A DNA stretch of 64,000 bases from an uncultured Actinomycetota bacterium (GCA_963728105.1 CAVSJZ010000033.1:40847-104846); one strand, 5' to 3'. Positions 8,586 through 20,000 are shown, counted from the stretch's first letter. The notes: generated from the sequence alone by a model not told the origin. Made by a program: numbers and translations.

Positions 8586-9595
8586 CCGGCGCACCGACGT
8601 GGGGTGGCCGGGACAGGTCGTTCTCCGAGGTCACGGGCCGCGGTCGAGGTCGAGTGCGTGCTCTGGGGCTGTTGCGCGCGTCGTTCGTTGAGCCAGTCGC
8701 CGAGCACGGCGGCGAACCGGTCGGGTTGCTCGACGTGGGGCAGATGCCCACAGTCGGGGAACACCGACAGCCACCCGTCCGGCAGCAGGTTCACCGCGGT
8801 CCGGGCGTGGTGGGCGGGCAGGACGTAGTCGCAGCCGCCCCAGATGACCAGGGTCGGCGTGGTCAGGGTGGGGAGGTGGTCGAGCAGGATCTGGCGTTGC
8901 CCGGTCGGGCCGAACAGGGCACGGGCCATGGCGGTGGAGGCCTCGAGCTGGCCGGGGCGGCGCCCGAGGGCATGGTGCTCGGCGATGAACTCGGCCGGGA
9001 CCCGCCATGGCTGGGCGAACAGCATCGCCGTCGACATGGTGGTGCGGCCCCAGCCACCGCCGGGCATGCGGCTGACCATGATCGCGAGCTCGCCGATGAA
9101 AGGCAGGGTGTCCAGGGCGAGCAGCGGGTGCACGTCGGGGCCGAGGCCCGCACTGTCGACCAGGGTCAACGTGTGGCTGCGCTGCGGGTCGGCAACCGCC
9201 ACGCGGAGCGCGAGCGCCCCGCCCGCCGAGTGGCCGACCAGGTCCAGCGGCGAGTCGACGCCGAGGGCGTCGAGGAACGCGGTCACGAACCGGGCCTGGT
9301 CGGGGCCGGCCACGTCGTCGCCTGCGGCCAGGGCCGTTTCCCCGTGACCGGGCAGGCTCAGCGCGAGCACCCGGTGGGTGCGGGCGAGTGCGGGGATGAC
9401 CCAGCGCCAGCTGGTGGCGCTCTGCTCGTGCCCGTGCAGCAGCAACAGCGGCGGGCCGCTGCCCGCCTCCAGGTACTGGCTGTGCATCCCGCCCACGGTG
9501 ACCCGACGGTCGTGGACGACGAGCCCGCCCGGGTACTGGCGATGGGAACCGCCGGGGTGCGGCGGGGCGGATGACACCGTAGTGAGAACCGACAT
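8582..9595 (-). CDS. Alpha/beta fold hydrolase
   Basis: 'LLLLHG', 'LVGHSAGG' nucleophile elbow, 'IWGGCD', 'CGHLPHVE'; AGGAGG RBS. Confidence 0.9.
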   Translation of the reverse strand: MSVLTTVSSAPPHPGGSHRQYPGGLVVHDRRVTVGGMHSQYLEAGSGPPLLLLHGHEQSATSWRWVIPALARTHRVLALSLPGHGETALAAGDDVAGPDQARFVTAFLDALGVDSPLDLVGHSAGGALALRVAVADPQRSHTLTLVDSAGLGPDVHPLLALDTLPFIGELAIMVSRMPGGGWGRTTMSTAMLFAQPWRVPAEFIAEHHALGRRPGQLEASTAMARALFGPTGQRQILLDHLPTLTTPTLVIWGGCDYVLPAHHARTAVNLLPDGWLSVFPDCGHLPHVEQPDRFAAVLGDWLNERRAQQPQSTHSTSTAARDLGERPVPATPRRCAG

Positions 9596-9723
9596 GAAAC
9601 CTCCTGGTGCGCGGGGTCGTGCTGGTGCGTCACCAGGGGCCGGGGTAACACCTAACATGGTGCACCGGCCGGCTGCCCTCGACTGCCGGGCATCCGACCG
9701 GGCTGATCCGGCTCTGCTACCGG

Positions 9724-10263
9724 TTATCGCCGGTCGCGCTCGACCCGATCGGGTGTCGGCGCCGCGGTGCGTGCCCCGGAGAAGGCGAGCTCACCGCTGC
9801 GGCGGTCGCCGACCTTGACGTCCGTGATGTCCTTGGCGGCCAGGTCGGCGTCAGCGATCATGCTGGCGAACGCGTCCTGTTGGACCTTCACCATCGTTTG
9901 CGCCAGCTCTGACCAGGACCTGAAGACCTGCTTCCAGGCATCGAGCACGGGCGTGATGGCGTCGAAGCCCGCGGAGAGCGTAGGCGCCTGCTCGCGCCGT
10001 GAACGCTGCTCGGAGTCCCCGCCGACCTCGCGGCGGTCCTGGTTCTCGCGGCGGTCGAGGTTCTCGCGGGAGTCGTCGCGACCGCTGTCCTGCCCTTCCC
10101 GCGCTGTGGTCGGGTTCTCGCGGCGTGCGGTGGTGTCGTCCCGCAGGCCGTCCTCGCTCCGCTTGTCCGGCTGGTCGAACGAGCCGGAGCCGTTGTCGGC
10201 CGGCGGCGTCGTGGCCGTGTCGAGTCGGGTTGCCGCCGAGGGCTGGTTGGTGGTGCGCGCCAT
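9724..10263 (-). CDS. Hypothetical protein: charged disordered N-half with repeated RRE(N/Q), plus an amphipathic helix
   Basis: AAGGAG RBS; 'VLDAWKQVFRSWSELAQTMVKVQQDAFASM' helix. Confidence 0.65.
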   Translation of the reverse strand: MARTTNQPSAATRLDTATTPPADNGSGSFDQPDKRSEDGLRDDTTARRENPTTAREGQDSGRDDSRENLDRRENQDRREVGGDSEQRSRREQAPTLSAGFDAITPVLDAWKQVFRSWSELAQTMVKVQQDAFASMIADADLAAKDITDVKVGDRRSGELAFSGARTAAPTPDRVERDRR

Positions 10264-10363
10264 AGCGCTCCTTCATGGTGAAGATCGATGCTCGGCACAC
10301 TGCCGAGGCGGTCTCGCGTCGCGGATCAGGAGATCCACTTTGCGATACGATGTGATATGTTAG

Positions 10364-10395
10364 CTGTATACAGACAGAATAGCAATACAATGTAT
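10364..10395. promoter_or_regulatory. Operator-like palindromes CTGTATACAG and ATACA-A-TGTAT in a divergent AT-rich promoter
   Basis: Perfect dyads at 10364-10373 and 10385-10395, just upstream of the TetR gene. Confidence 0.6.
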
Positions 10396-10425
10396 ATTTG
10401 AGTAGCCTCTGCCGAGGAGGAGACG

Positions 10426-11176
10426 ATGTCCAGCGACACCACCCAGGCCCGGCCGCCCACCGCGCCACCACCGGCGGGGCGCACCGCGGCGCTGACCCGT
10501 GAGCAGGTTCTGGTCGCCGCGCTGCAGATCATCGATCAGGACGGTGTCGAGGCACTGACGATGCGCAGACTCGGGCAGGCCCTCGGCCGCAACCCGATGG
10601 GGATCTACCGCCACGCCGCTGACAAGGACGCCCTGCTCGACGGCGTCGTCGAACACGTGCTGTCCGAACTGGTCGTCTCCGGCCGGCCCGGCGGCGACGA
10701 CGAGTGGCGGCGACACCGAGGGCGGCGACACCGATGTGGATTGGGAGACCGCGCTGCGCCGCACCGCGCACGCGTTCCGCCGGATCGCACTGGCCCACCC
10801 CCACGCCGTGCCGCTCCTGGTGACCCGTTCGGTCACCGGCCCGCTCGCCCTGCGGCCACTGGGCACGCTGCGGCCCCTGGAGGAGCTGCTCGAGACCCTG
10901 ATCGGCGCCGGGTTCGACCCCCATGGCGCGCTGCACGCCACCCGCCTGTTCACCGGCGTCCTCTACGGCCACATCCAGGACGAACTGCAGCAACAGGTCC
11001 ACGATCCCGACGAGACCGACGACCTGCTCCGCCTGGGGCTGCATCGCCTCCCCATCACCCAGTTCCCCCGCCTGCGCTCCCTGGCCAGCGTCCTGGCCAC
11101 CTACGACGGGGCCGCCGAGCTCGACGAAGGTCTCGACATCGTCATCGCCGGACTGCGCAGCCAACTCCTCAACTGA
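10426..11176 (+). CDS. TetR family regulator (TetR_C type); frameshift at 10705
   Basis: HTH 'LTREQVLVAALQIIDQDGVEALTMRRLGQALGRNPMGIYRH'; removing T10705 gives GGDDE-GGDTE-GGDTD then 'VDWETALRRTAHAFRRIALAHP'. Confidence 0.85.
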
Positions 11177-11306
11177 ACACGGACCCGGCGGGTCCGGGCG
11201 CGGGCGCCCGGCAGTGACCGCCGCACGTGCTCCGCCCTCCGGAGTCCGGTCGTGCGACGCTGCAGCTCCGCCGAGCGACCAGGCCACACGCGCGCCAGGA
11301 GAACCC

Positions 11307-11705
11307 ATGACCACGATCCACCCGGACGTCCACGCCGAGCATCCCGTCGTGGCCAAGCTGCGCGAGCGGCGCGCCGCCGATGTCCAGCTCCGCATCGCGG
11401 ATGCCATCACCAAGTTCGCCGGCTCGATGGCGTTCGTCTACCTGCACGTGGCCGTGTTCGCAGTCTGGATGCTGTTCGTCGAACGCAGCCCGTGGCCCAC
11501 CCTCACCCTCGTCGTCTCCCTGGAGGCGATCTTCCTCTCCACCTTCGTGATGATCGGCCAGAACCGAGCGGCGGCCTTCCAGCAGGCCAAGGCCGATCAC
11601 GACTTCGTCGAGCAGGAGACCGAGCTGAAGACCAACACCCAGATCACCCGAGAGATCCACGCCCTCACCGCCGAGCTCCACCGCCGGCTGCTCACGGCGA
11701 CGTGA
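11307..11705 (+). CDS. DUF1003 domain membrane protein
   Basis: 'RIADAITKFAGSM', 'LTLVVSLEAIFLSTFVMIGQNR'; AGGAG RBS. Confidence 0.88.
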   Translation: MTTIHPDVHAEHPVVAKLRERRAADVQLRIADAITKFAGSMAFVYLHVAVFAVWMLFVERSPWPTLTLVVSLEAIFLSTFVMIGQNRAAAFQQAKADHDFVEQETELKTNTQITREIHALTAELHRRLLTAT

Positions 11706-12174
11706 TCCGCGGCCGGGCGTGCGCCGGCGACGGCCGTGTCGGGCCCGTCAGTCCCGGGTCCGCGGCCGGTCGCCGGTAGCGGCTCGCGCCGTGTCCCCTC
11801 CGGGCCCCTCCCGCACTCGGATGTCGGCCATCCGGACGGCCACCGCAGCCCGCTGGGACGCGGTCGTCGCCGTGCGTTCGGCCAGCAGAGCGGCCGACCG
11901 GTCGGCATCGATGTCGCCCGTCGAGCGGGGCAGACCCCAGCTGTCGGACGACATCCCGCCTCCTCCGGTCATCACCATCTTCCTGGGCGATACCGATGTC
12001 ATCGTCCTCTCCGACGGCACCGGCAGCTACCGCCAGACGTGCGCCACCCGGCTTCGGACGTGGACGGGCCGGGACGGGCCGCGCCGGGTACACCGCAGGC
12101 CGCAGCACCTGTCCGTCACTGGTCCGACAGCGTAGGCTCGGGGACGTTCTTCCGGGCCCCAGACCCAGGCCGCC

Positions 12175-12711
12175 GTGAGTGGACGCATCGGAGATGCGGT
12201 AGTGGCCAATCTGGATCCGGCAGTGTTCGACGTGATCATCGAGATTCCCCGGGGCAGTCGCAACAAGTACGAGGTCGACCACGCCAGCGGCCGGATAAGG
12301 CTCGACCGCACCCTGTTCACCGCTACCCAGTACCCCGGTGACTACGGCTTCGTCGAGAACACCCTGGGCGCGGACGGCGACCCGCTCGACGCCCTGCTCG
12401 TCACCGTCGGGGAGCCGCTGTTCCCCGGGGTGCTCGTGCTGTGCCGCACGATCGGCATGTTCCGCATGCGCGACGAGGCGGGCGGCGACGACAAGCTGAT
12501 CTGCGTTCCCGCCCACGATCCCCGGCTGGAGCACCTCCGCGACCTCCACCACCTTCCCGAGTTCCATCGGCTCGAGATCCAGCACTTCTTCGAGATCTAC
12601 AAGGAGCTCGAGCCGGGCAAGAGCGTCGAGGGAGCCGCGTGGGCGGGGCGCGCCGCGGCCGAGGCCGAGATCGAGGCGTCCCGGCGACGGCTGAAGGAGG
12701 CGGACGGATGA
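12175..12711 (+). CDS. ppa: Inorganic pyrophosphatase (family I)
   Basis: '[15 protein letters not shown]', 'YPGDYGF', 'DGDPLDAL', '[12 protein letters not shown]'; true start may be slightly downstream. Confidence 0.95.
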   Translation: MSGRIGDAVVANLDPAVFDVIIEIPRGSRNKYEVDHASGRIRLDRTLFTATQYPGDYGFVENTLGADGDPLDALLVTVGEPLFPGVLVLCRTIGMFRMRDEAGGDDKLICVPAHDPRLEHLRDLHHLPEFHRLEIQHFFEIYKELEPGKSVEGAAWAGRAAAEAEIEASRRRLKEADG

Positions 12712-12732
12712 GCCGCCGTGCGGCGGCCCGGC

Positions 12733-13026
12733 TCAGACCGCGCGGCGGTGGACATGGCACCACCGCAGACGGGAGCCCGGCGCGATACCGACGGCGACCG
12801 GGTGGTCGGTCTCCTCGTAGTGGGCTCTGGCGTGCTGGTTCGGGGAGTCGTCTGAGCAGGCGACCCAGCCGCAGGTCACGCACATCCACAGCGCGGCCCA
12901 CCGGTGTCCGCGTTCCCGACAGCCTGCACACGATGTGGCGGACGGCTCGACATGGACGCGGACGGCTCCGTGAGCGCACGGGCGCGCGCCTCCGGTGCGA
13001 TCGCGGTGGGGCCGCTCGGGTGGCAT
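12733..13026 (-). CDS. UBP-type zinc finger domain protein
   Basis: 'CAH...CAGC...LWMCVTCGWVACSDDSPNQHARAHYEETDHP...WCHVH'. Confidence 0.85.
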   Translation of the reverse strand: MPPERPHRDRTGGARPCAHGAVRVHVEPSATSCAGCRERGHRWAALWMCVTCGWVACSDDSPNQHARAHYEETDHPVAVGIAPGSRLRWCHVHRRAV

Positions 13027-13118
13027 CAAACGTCCTCTCGGTGGGGGACCGTGCCCGTGTGGTGGCGTCCAGCGAACCCCCGCCGGGCGCCGGATGAAAT
13101 GAGCAACACGGGCTAGGT

Positions 13119-13134
13119 TCATCTCGCCGGATGA
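13119..13134. promoter_or_regulatory. Putative LysR box TCATC-N6-GATGA
   Basis: Dyad containing T-N11-A in the divergent gap before the LysR gene. Confidence 0.45.
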
Positions 13135-13234
13135 TGAGCGACGGCCGCCCGACGGCGGTCGCCGCGGGCACCGGAGGCCATGACGGGCGGCGGTGGCGTG
13201 ACTCCACGGCGACGGTGATCGGAGGATGCGCAAC

Positions 13235-14143
13235 ATGGAGCTTCGGCAGCTGCACTACTTCGTCACCCTCGCCGAGGAGCTGCATTTCGGTCGGGCCGCC
13301 GCCCGCGAGCACATCGTCCAGTCCGCGCTGAGCCAGCGGTTGCAACGTCTGGAGCGCGAGCTCGGGGTGACCTTGATGGACCGCACGACCCACCACGTGC
13401 GGCTGACCGCGGCCGGCGCCGTCTTCCTGGTCGACGCGAGGCAGATCCTCGCCCACGTCGAACGGGCCGCGGTGGCGGCACAGCGCGCCTCCCACTCCCG
13501 GCCGAGCCTGCGGGTGGGAGTCGTCGACGCCAGCTACGACTCGATGTCGCTGATCCTGCACGAGGTCCAGGGCCGGTACCCCGACCTGGAGATCCACCAG
13601 GTCGAGGTCGGGGTTCCCGAACAGTTCCAAAGGCTGGTCGACGGGCGGCTCGACGTCGGCATCGGACGGGCCTCGTTGGCCCCGCAGGCGGTGGCCTCCG
13701 AGCTGTTCCGGCTCGACCAGCTCGGTGTACTCGTCGCCGAGGGCCACGCCCTCGCCGCACTGCCCGACGTCCCGGTGGCCACGCTGGCCGCCGAGCCCAT
13801 GCTGCTGTCGGAGGAGGACCGGGCACCGGAGTTCAACCAGTTCGTGATCGAGCTCTGCCGCTCGGTGGGCTTCATCCCGACCTTGTACCGGGGAACCGTC
13901 GACAGCATCCTCGCCTCCGTCGACCTCGTCGCGGAGCAGCGCTGCGTGATGTGCGCGCCCGCGTCGTGCCTGCCCGCTCCCTCGGGGATCGTGTGGCGGC
14001 CACTGGTGGCTCCCGTCTCGCGCTATCCCTGGTCGGTGCTGTGGCGCGCAGGCGACTCCTCGGAGCATGTGAGCGTCCTCGTCGACACCGCCCGCACGCT
14101 GTCGGTGCAGCTGGGCTGGCTGGAGCCGGCGACCACGGGCTGA
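13235..14143 (+). CDS. LysR family transcriptional regulator
   Basis: 'MELRQLHYFVTLAEELHFGRAAAREHIVQSALSQRLQRLERELGVTLMDRTTHHVRLT'. Confidence 0.95.
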   Translation: MELRQLHYFVTLAEELHFGRAAAREHIVQSALSQRLQRLERELGVTLMDRTTHHVRLTAAGAVFLVDARQILAHVERAAVAAQRASHSRPSLRVGVVDASYDSMSLILHEVQGRYPDLEIHQVEVGVPEQFQRLVDGRLDVGIGRASLAPQAVASELFRLDQLGVLVAEGHALAALPDVPVATLAAEPMLLSEEDRAPEFNQFVIELCRSVGFIPTLYRGTVDSILASVDLVAEQRCVMCAPASCLPAPSGIVWRPLVAPVSRYPWSVLWRAGDSSEHVSVLVDTARTLSVQLGWLEPATTG

Positions 14144-14341
14144 ACGGCCCCGTCCGGGGCGGGTTATCGGGATACGTGATGGGTCGTGCTCTCATCCGCC
14201 GTTTCCCTCCGCCGGCAGGCGAGGTCTCCTTGACGGACGGCAGCCCTTCGAGACAGCACCGGGGTCGCCGGCAAGGAGCGGCCGTCGACGCGATCCGGCC
14301 GGTCTGAGCTCGACCATCGCCGAGAACCGAGGAACTCACCC

Positions 14342-15550
14342 ATGGACCTGCTTTCCGGAGCGGACCTGCAGTTCACGATCGGGGAGGCGCTGGGCACCGA
14401 CTACTTCGGGCTGCGCGAGCCGTTCACCCCGCAGCAGGAGGACTACCTGACCCGCACCCGCGGCTTCGTCGACACCGAGGTACTGCCGGTGATCAACGGG
14501 TACTGGGAGCGGGCCGAGTTCCCCTTCGACCTGATCGAGAAGATGTCCGGGCTCGGCATCGTCGGCGACGGGATCGAGGGCTATGGCTGCCCGCCGATGG
14601 ATCCGATGTCGGCCGGGCTGATCAACATGGAGATGCACCGGGGGGACGGCAGCCTGGGCACCTTCATCGCCGTCCAGGCCGGCCTGGCGATGCAGTCGAT
14701 CGCGAAATGCGGGTCCGAGGAGCAGAAGCAGCGGTGGCTGCCGCCGATGGCCCGGCTGGACAAACTCGGCGCCTTCGCGCTGACCGAGCCGGAACACGGG
14801 TCGGACTCGGTCGCCCTGGAAACGTCGGCCCGCCCCGACGGGGAGTCCTACGTGATCAACGGCGACAAGAAGTGGATCGGCAACGGCAGCATCGCCGACG
14901 TGGTGGTCGTCTGGGCCCGGGACACCTCGGACGACGCGGTGAAGGGATTCCTCGTGGAGAAGGGCACCCCCGGCTTCCACGCCACCGTCATGACAGGCAA
15001 GGCGTCGCTGCGCGCGATCTGGCAGGCGGAGATCCACTTCGACGAGCTGCGCATCCCGGCGGAGAACCGGCTGCCCGGGGCGAACTCCTTCAAGGACTGC
15101 GCCCGGATCCTGACCGGCACCCGCATGGGCTGCGCGTGGATGGCCCTCGGCCACGCCGTCGCCGGTTTCGACGTGGCGCTGACCTACGCCAAGCGACGCA
15201 AGCAGTTCGGGAGGTCGCTGGCCAGCTTCCAGATCATCCAGCAGCGGCTGGTGAGGATGCTGGCCGACGTCACCGCGATGCAGCTGTACTGCATGCAGAT
15301 CGCGAAGCTGGACGCGGAGGACAAGCTGCACCCGACCCTGGCCGGCCTGGCGAAGATGCACAACACGAGCAAGGCCCGGACCGTTCTGTCCGACGCCAGG
15401 GACCTGCTCGGCGGCAACGGCATCCTGCTCGACTTCCACGTGATCCGGCACCTGGTCGACCTCGAGTCCATCCACACCTTCGAGGGCACCGAGACCGTCC
15501 AGGCCCTGCTGGTCGGCCGGGACATCACCGGCATCGCCGCATTCACGTAG
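14342..15550 (+). CDS. Acyl-CoA dehydrogenase (glutaryl-CoA dehydrogenase-like)
   Basis: 'AFALTEPEHGSD', 'NGDKKWIGNG', 'RKQFGRSLASFQIIQ', 'LLGGNGI', 'TFEGT'. Confidence 0.93.
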   Translation: MDLLSGADLQFTIGEALGTDYFGLREPFTPQQEDYLTRTRGFVDTEVLPVINGYWERAEFPFDLIEKMSGLGIVGDGIEGYGCPPMDPMSAGLINMEMHRGDGSLGTFIAVQAGLAMQSIAKCGSEEQKQRWLPPMARLDKLGAFALTEPEHGSDSVALETSARPDGESYVINGDKKWIGNGSIADVVVVWARDTSDDAVKGFLVEKGTPGFHATVMTGKASLRAIWQAEIHFDELRIPAENRLPGANSFKDCARILTGTRMGCAWMALGHAVAGFDVALTYAKRRKQFGRSLASFQIIQQRLVRMLADVTAMQLYCMQIAKLDAEDKLHPTLAGLAKMHNTSKARTVLSDARDLLGGNGILLDFHVIRHLVDLESIHTFEGTETVQALLVGRDITGIAAFT

Positions 15551-15652
15551 GCCTCCTCGCCGACATCGGGCAGTACACGTTCAGCGGCGAGTACCCGGCC
15601 GCGACCGGAGGGACATCCTCGCCACGTCACACCCACACTGGAGCCAAGCGAC

Positions 15653-17269
15653 ATGCCAGCAACCTCCTTCACCCCGCTCACCCCCCTGGCTTTCCTGGAG
15701 CGCGCGTCGGACGTGTTCTCCGACAAGACGGCGATCGCCTACGGAGAACGCCGGACGAGCTACAGCGAGCTCGGAGCGGAGGCGACCCGGCTCGCTCACG
15801 CATTGCGCGCATCCGGCGTGCGGCCCGGCGACCGGGTGGCCTACATGTGTCCGAACATCCCGGAGATGCTGGTGGCCAACTTCGGGGTGCCCCTCGCCGG
15901 CGCGGTACTCGTGCCCATCAACACCAGGCTGTCCGCCGAGGAGGTCCGCTACATCTGCGACCACTCCGGAGCGAAGGTGCTCGTCATCGACACCGAGTAC
16001 CTGACCGCGCTGGCGCCGCTGCTCCACTCGTTGCGCACCGTCGTCGAGGTCGTGGCCGTCACCGACCCACTCGGCCCCGCCCCACCCGATGCCGCCGACC
16101 ACGCCACCGTCTCCTACGACCAGTTCATGAAGCGCGGATCGGCCGAACCGCTGCCCTGGACGGTCGTCGACGAGACGAGCATGATCGCGATCAACTACAC
16201 CTCCGGGACGACAGGCACCCCCAAGGGCGTGATGTACGCGCACCGCGGCGCCTATCTGAATGCGCTCGGCGAGCTCATCCACCAGCGCTTCGACCCCGAG
16301 AGCGTCTACCTGTGGACCCTGCCGATGTTCCACTGCAACGGCTGGTGCACCCCGTGGGCGGTCACCGCGATCGGCGCGACGCACGTGTGCCTGCGGGCCG
16401 TGCGCCCCGAGGTGATCTGGCAGCTCCTCGACGACGAGCGCGTGACCCATCTCGACGGCGCCCCGACGGTGCTGACGATGATCGCCAACGCGCCGCAGGC
16501 CCACCGCCTCGATCATGAGCTGGTCGCGACCGTCGCGGGCGCCCCGCCCAGCCCCACGGTGATCACCCGCATGCGCGAGCTGGGCGCGCGGATCGTGCAC
16601 GTCTACGGGATGACCGAGGCGTACGGCCCCTACGCGCTCAACGAGTGGCAGACCGGCTGGTCGGCACTCCCGCCCGGCGACCAGGCCCGCCGCCAGGCCC
16701 GCCAGGGCGTGGCCATGATCCAGGCCGACCCCATCCGGGTGGTCGACGAGGAGATGGTCGACGTCGCGCGCGACGGACGGACCATGGGCGAGATCGTGAT
16801 GCGCGGCAACAACGTCATGATCGGGTACTTCGACGACGCCGACGCCACCGAGAAGGCGTTCCGCGGCGGCTGGCTGCACTCCGGGGACCTGGGCGTGCAG
16901 CACTCGGACGGCTACGTCGAGCTGCGTGACCGCGCCAAGGACATCATCATCTCGGGCGGGGAGAACATCTCGACCGTCGAGATCGAGCACGTCATCGAGA
17001 CTCACCCCGCCGTGCTCGAGGTCGTGGTCATCGGGGTGCCCGACGAGAAGTGGGGAGAACGACCGAAGGCCTTCGTCATCCGCCGACCCGGCGCCGAGGT
17101 CAACGAGGCCGAGCTGCTCGGCTACCTGAAGACGCACATTGCCCGCTACAAGGTGCCGAAGGCGATCGAGTTCATCGAGGAGCTACCCCGCACGGCGACC
17201 GGCAAGCCACAGAAGTTCGAGCTCCGCGAGAAGGAATGGGCGGGACACAGCAGCCGAATCCAAGGGTGA
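15653..17269 (+). CDS. Acyl-CoA synthetase (AMP-binding)
   Basis: 'NYTSGTTGTPKGV', 'LPMFHCNGW', 'YGMTE', 'SGDLG', 'DRAKDIIISGGENIS'. Confidence 0.93.
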   Translation: MPATSFTPLTPLAFLERASDVFSDKTAIAYGERRTSYSELGAEATRLAHALRASGVRPGDRVAYMCPNIPEMLVANFGVPLAGAVLVPINTRLSAEEVRYICDHSGAKVLVIDTEYLTALAPLLHSLRTVVEVVAVTDPLGPAPPDAADHATVSYDQFMKRGSAEPLPWTVVDETSMIAINYTSGTTGTPKGVMYAHRGAYLNALGELIHQRFDPESVYLWTLPMFHCNGWCTPWAVTAIGATHVCLRAVRPEVIWQLLDDERVTHLDGAPTVLTMIANAPQAHRLDHELVATVAGAPPSPTVITRMRELGARIVHVYGMTEAYGPYALNEWQTGWSALPPGDQARRQARQGVAMIQADPIRVVDEEMVDVARDGRTMGEIVMRGNNVMIGYFDDADATEKAFRGGWLHSGDLGVQHSDGYVELRDRAKDIIISGGENISTVEIEHVIETHPAVLEVVVIGVPDEKWGERPKAFVIRRPGAEVNEAELLGYLKTHIARYKVPKAIEFIEELPRTATGKPQKFELREKEWAGHSSRIQG

Positions 17270-17377
17270 CCGGCGACACCAGCAGCCGGTTCCGCGTGCC
17301 GACGACGTCGCGTGGGGCCGGTGTCGTCGTCCGGATGCGGCGGGTTGTCGGCGTTGGTGACGGGTCCTGCCCGCACG

Positions 17378-20000
17378 TCAACGCCGGCGGCGGATGGCCG
17401 GCGCCGCGCCGAGGTGGGCGGCGCGCCGGCGCAGGTGGCGGCGCCCGTCACCGGCGCCGCTGCGGACCGTTCTGGCCGGAGCGGGGATCGCGCCGTAGAA
17501 CGCCCGCTTGCCGAGCTCGATGAGCAGGAGGTAGGCCAGCACCAGCCCCGCCAGGGTGAGGAAGAAACCGCCTGGAAGCGGCTGGAAGCCCAGCAGGTGG
17601 GCGAGCGGCGTGGAGGGCAGCAGCGCCCCGACCGCGACGACGCCGAATGCGGCCAGCACGAGCGGCACGCTGGGATGGCTGCGGAAGAAGGGGACGCGTC
17701 GGGTGCGGATCGCGAAGATCACCAGTGCCTGGGTGGCGAGTGACTCGACGAACCAGCCGGTGCGGAACTGGTCGGGACCGGAGTGGAACACCCACAGCAT
17801 CACCCCGAACGTCGCGAAGTCGAACACCGAGCTCAGCGGGCCGAACACGAGCATGAAGCGGCGGATGAACGCGATGTCCCAGTGCGACGGGCCGGCGCAG
17901 CTGCTCCTCGTCGACGTTGTCGGTGGGGATGGCCAGCTGGCTGGTGTCGTAGAGCAGGTTGTTGAGCAGGATCTGCGAGGGCAGCATCGGCAGGAACGAC
18001 AGGAACAGCGACGCGCCGGCCGCGGAGAACATGTTGCCGAAGTTGCTGGACGTGCCCATCAGCACGTACTTGAGGGTGTTGGCGAAGATCCGCCTGCCCT
18101 CGGTGACACCGTCGGCAAGCACGTCGAGGTCCTTGTCGAGCAGGATCACGTCGGCGGCGTCCTTGGCGACGTCGGTGGCCGAGTCGACCGAGATGCCCAC
18201 GTCGGCGGCGTGCAGGGCGAGCGCGTCGTTGACGCCGTCGCCGAGGAACGCGACACCGCCCGCGCCCGCCCCACGCCGGACGCGCACGATCCGGGCCTTG
18301 TGCTCCGGGCTGACCCTGGCGAACACCGTCGTGCCCGGGATCGCGGCGGCCAGGGCGGCGTCGTCGAGCGCGTCGATCTCGGCCCCGGTCAGCGCGACGA
18401 CGTCGCGCAGGCCCAGCTCGCCGCAGACGGTGACGGCGACGGCGGCGTTGTCGCCGGTGACGATCTTGACCGCGATGCCGAGCGCGGCGAGCCTGCGCAG
18501 GGCGGACGCCGCATCGGCGCGGGGTGGGTCGAGGAACACCAGCAGGCCTTCGAGATGCAGGTCGCGCTCGTCGGCGGGCGTCGGACGGCCGTCATCGGCG
18601 AACGTCCTGGTGCCGACGGCGACGACCCGGTTGCCTGCCGCGAACTCCGCGTCGAGGGCCGCCCGGAGCGCTTCGGGGACGTCCGTGCAGCGGTCGAACA
18701 CGGCCTCCGGCGCACCTTTCGTGACCAGGACCTGCCGCCCCTGCGGATCGCGGACGAGCACCGAGACCATGCGGCGGTCGTGGTCGAAGGGCAGGACCGC
18801 CAGCCGCGCGTACCCGGTCGCCGCCACCCGTTCCCCCCCTGCCGCCGGCGACTCCCACAGGGCGCGGTCCAGCGGGTTGCCCAGGTCGGTGTCCTCGGTG
18901 GCGAGCAGCCCCCAGCGGAGGGCGTCGGGGTCGCCGACGACCCGCATGAACCCGAGCCGGCCCTCGGTGAGGGTTCCGGTCTTGTCGGTGAACAGCAGGT
19001 CGACGTCGCCGAGGTCCTCGATGCAGACCAGCCGCTTGACCAGCACCTTCCGCGCCCGCATCCGGCGGGACCCGGCCGCGAGACTGGTCGAGACGACGGC
19101 GGGCAGCAGCTGCGGAGTGATCCCGACGGCGATCGCCAGCGAGAACAGCAGCGCGTCGAGGATAGGCCGCTGCAGCGCCACGTTGATCACAAAGATCGCG
19201 GTGGTCAGCGCGCCCGCGACGTAGACCAGCAGGAGGGAGAACCGGCGCAGGCCGATCTGGAACCCGGTGTCGATCTGGCGGGTGTCCAGGCCGGCGGCGA
19301 TCGCGCCGAACTCGGTGCGTGGTCCGGTGGCCACCACCACGCCGCGCCCGCTGCCGGCGTGCACGATCGTGCCGGTCAGCGCGCACCCGGTCAGCTCCGC
19401 CAGCGGCGTGCCCGGCGCGACGGCCCCGGTGGACTTGTCGACGGTCAGCGACTCACCGGTCAGCACCGACTCGTCGCACTCCAGCCCGCTGACCGCCAGC
19501 AACCGGACGTCGGCCGGGACGATGTCGCCGAGACGCAGCTCGACGATGTCGCCGGGGACGAGTGTCGTGACGTCCACCGTGGCCTGCCGGCCGTCGCGCA
19601 GGACCGTCGCGTGATGGCGGATGCCCGAGTGCAGCGCCTCGGCGGCCTTCTCGGCGCGGAACTCGTTGACGAAACCGAGCCCGACCGACAGTCCGACGAT
19701 CACGACGATGATCAGCGCACCGCTCTGCTCGCCGACGGCGTAGGAGGCGAGGGCGGCCACCACCAGCAGCCCCAGCAGCGGCGAGCGCAGCTGGTGCAGC
19801 AACACCGACAAGGCCCGCACCCGGTGCGAGACCACAGCGTTGGGACCGGCAGAAGCCAGCCGGGTCACGGCCTCGTCCGCCGTCAGGCCCTGGCCGTCGA
19901 CCACCCCCGCGTCGTCCAGCACCTCGGCGATCGGCCGGGTGGCGGCCGTGGCGACGGCGGTGACCACGGGACGAGCCGCGACCAGCACCTCGACCGTCAT
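17378..20000 (-). CDS. mgtA: Mg2+-translocating P-type ATPase; frameshift at 17889-17891
   Basis: 'LTGES', 'AVGITPQLLP', 'DKTGTLT', 'GDGVND', 'SSNFGNMFS', 'LLNNLLYD'; C-terminus 'GPLSSVFDF...FRTGWFVESL' lies in the adjacent frame. Confidence 0.88.

Noticed and set aside
11911-12135. Possible small ORF (MSPVERGRPQ...ITIFLGDTDVIVL)
   Set aside because: No clear RBS or motif; unsupported
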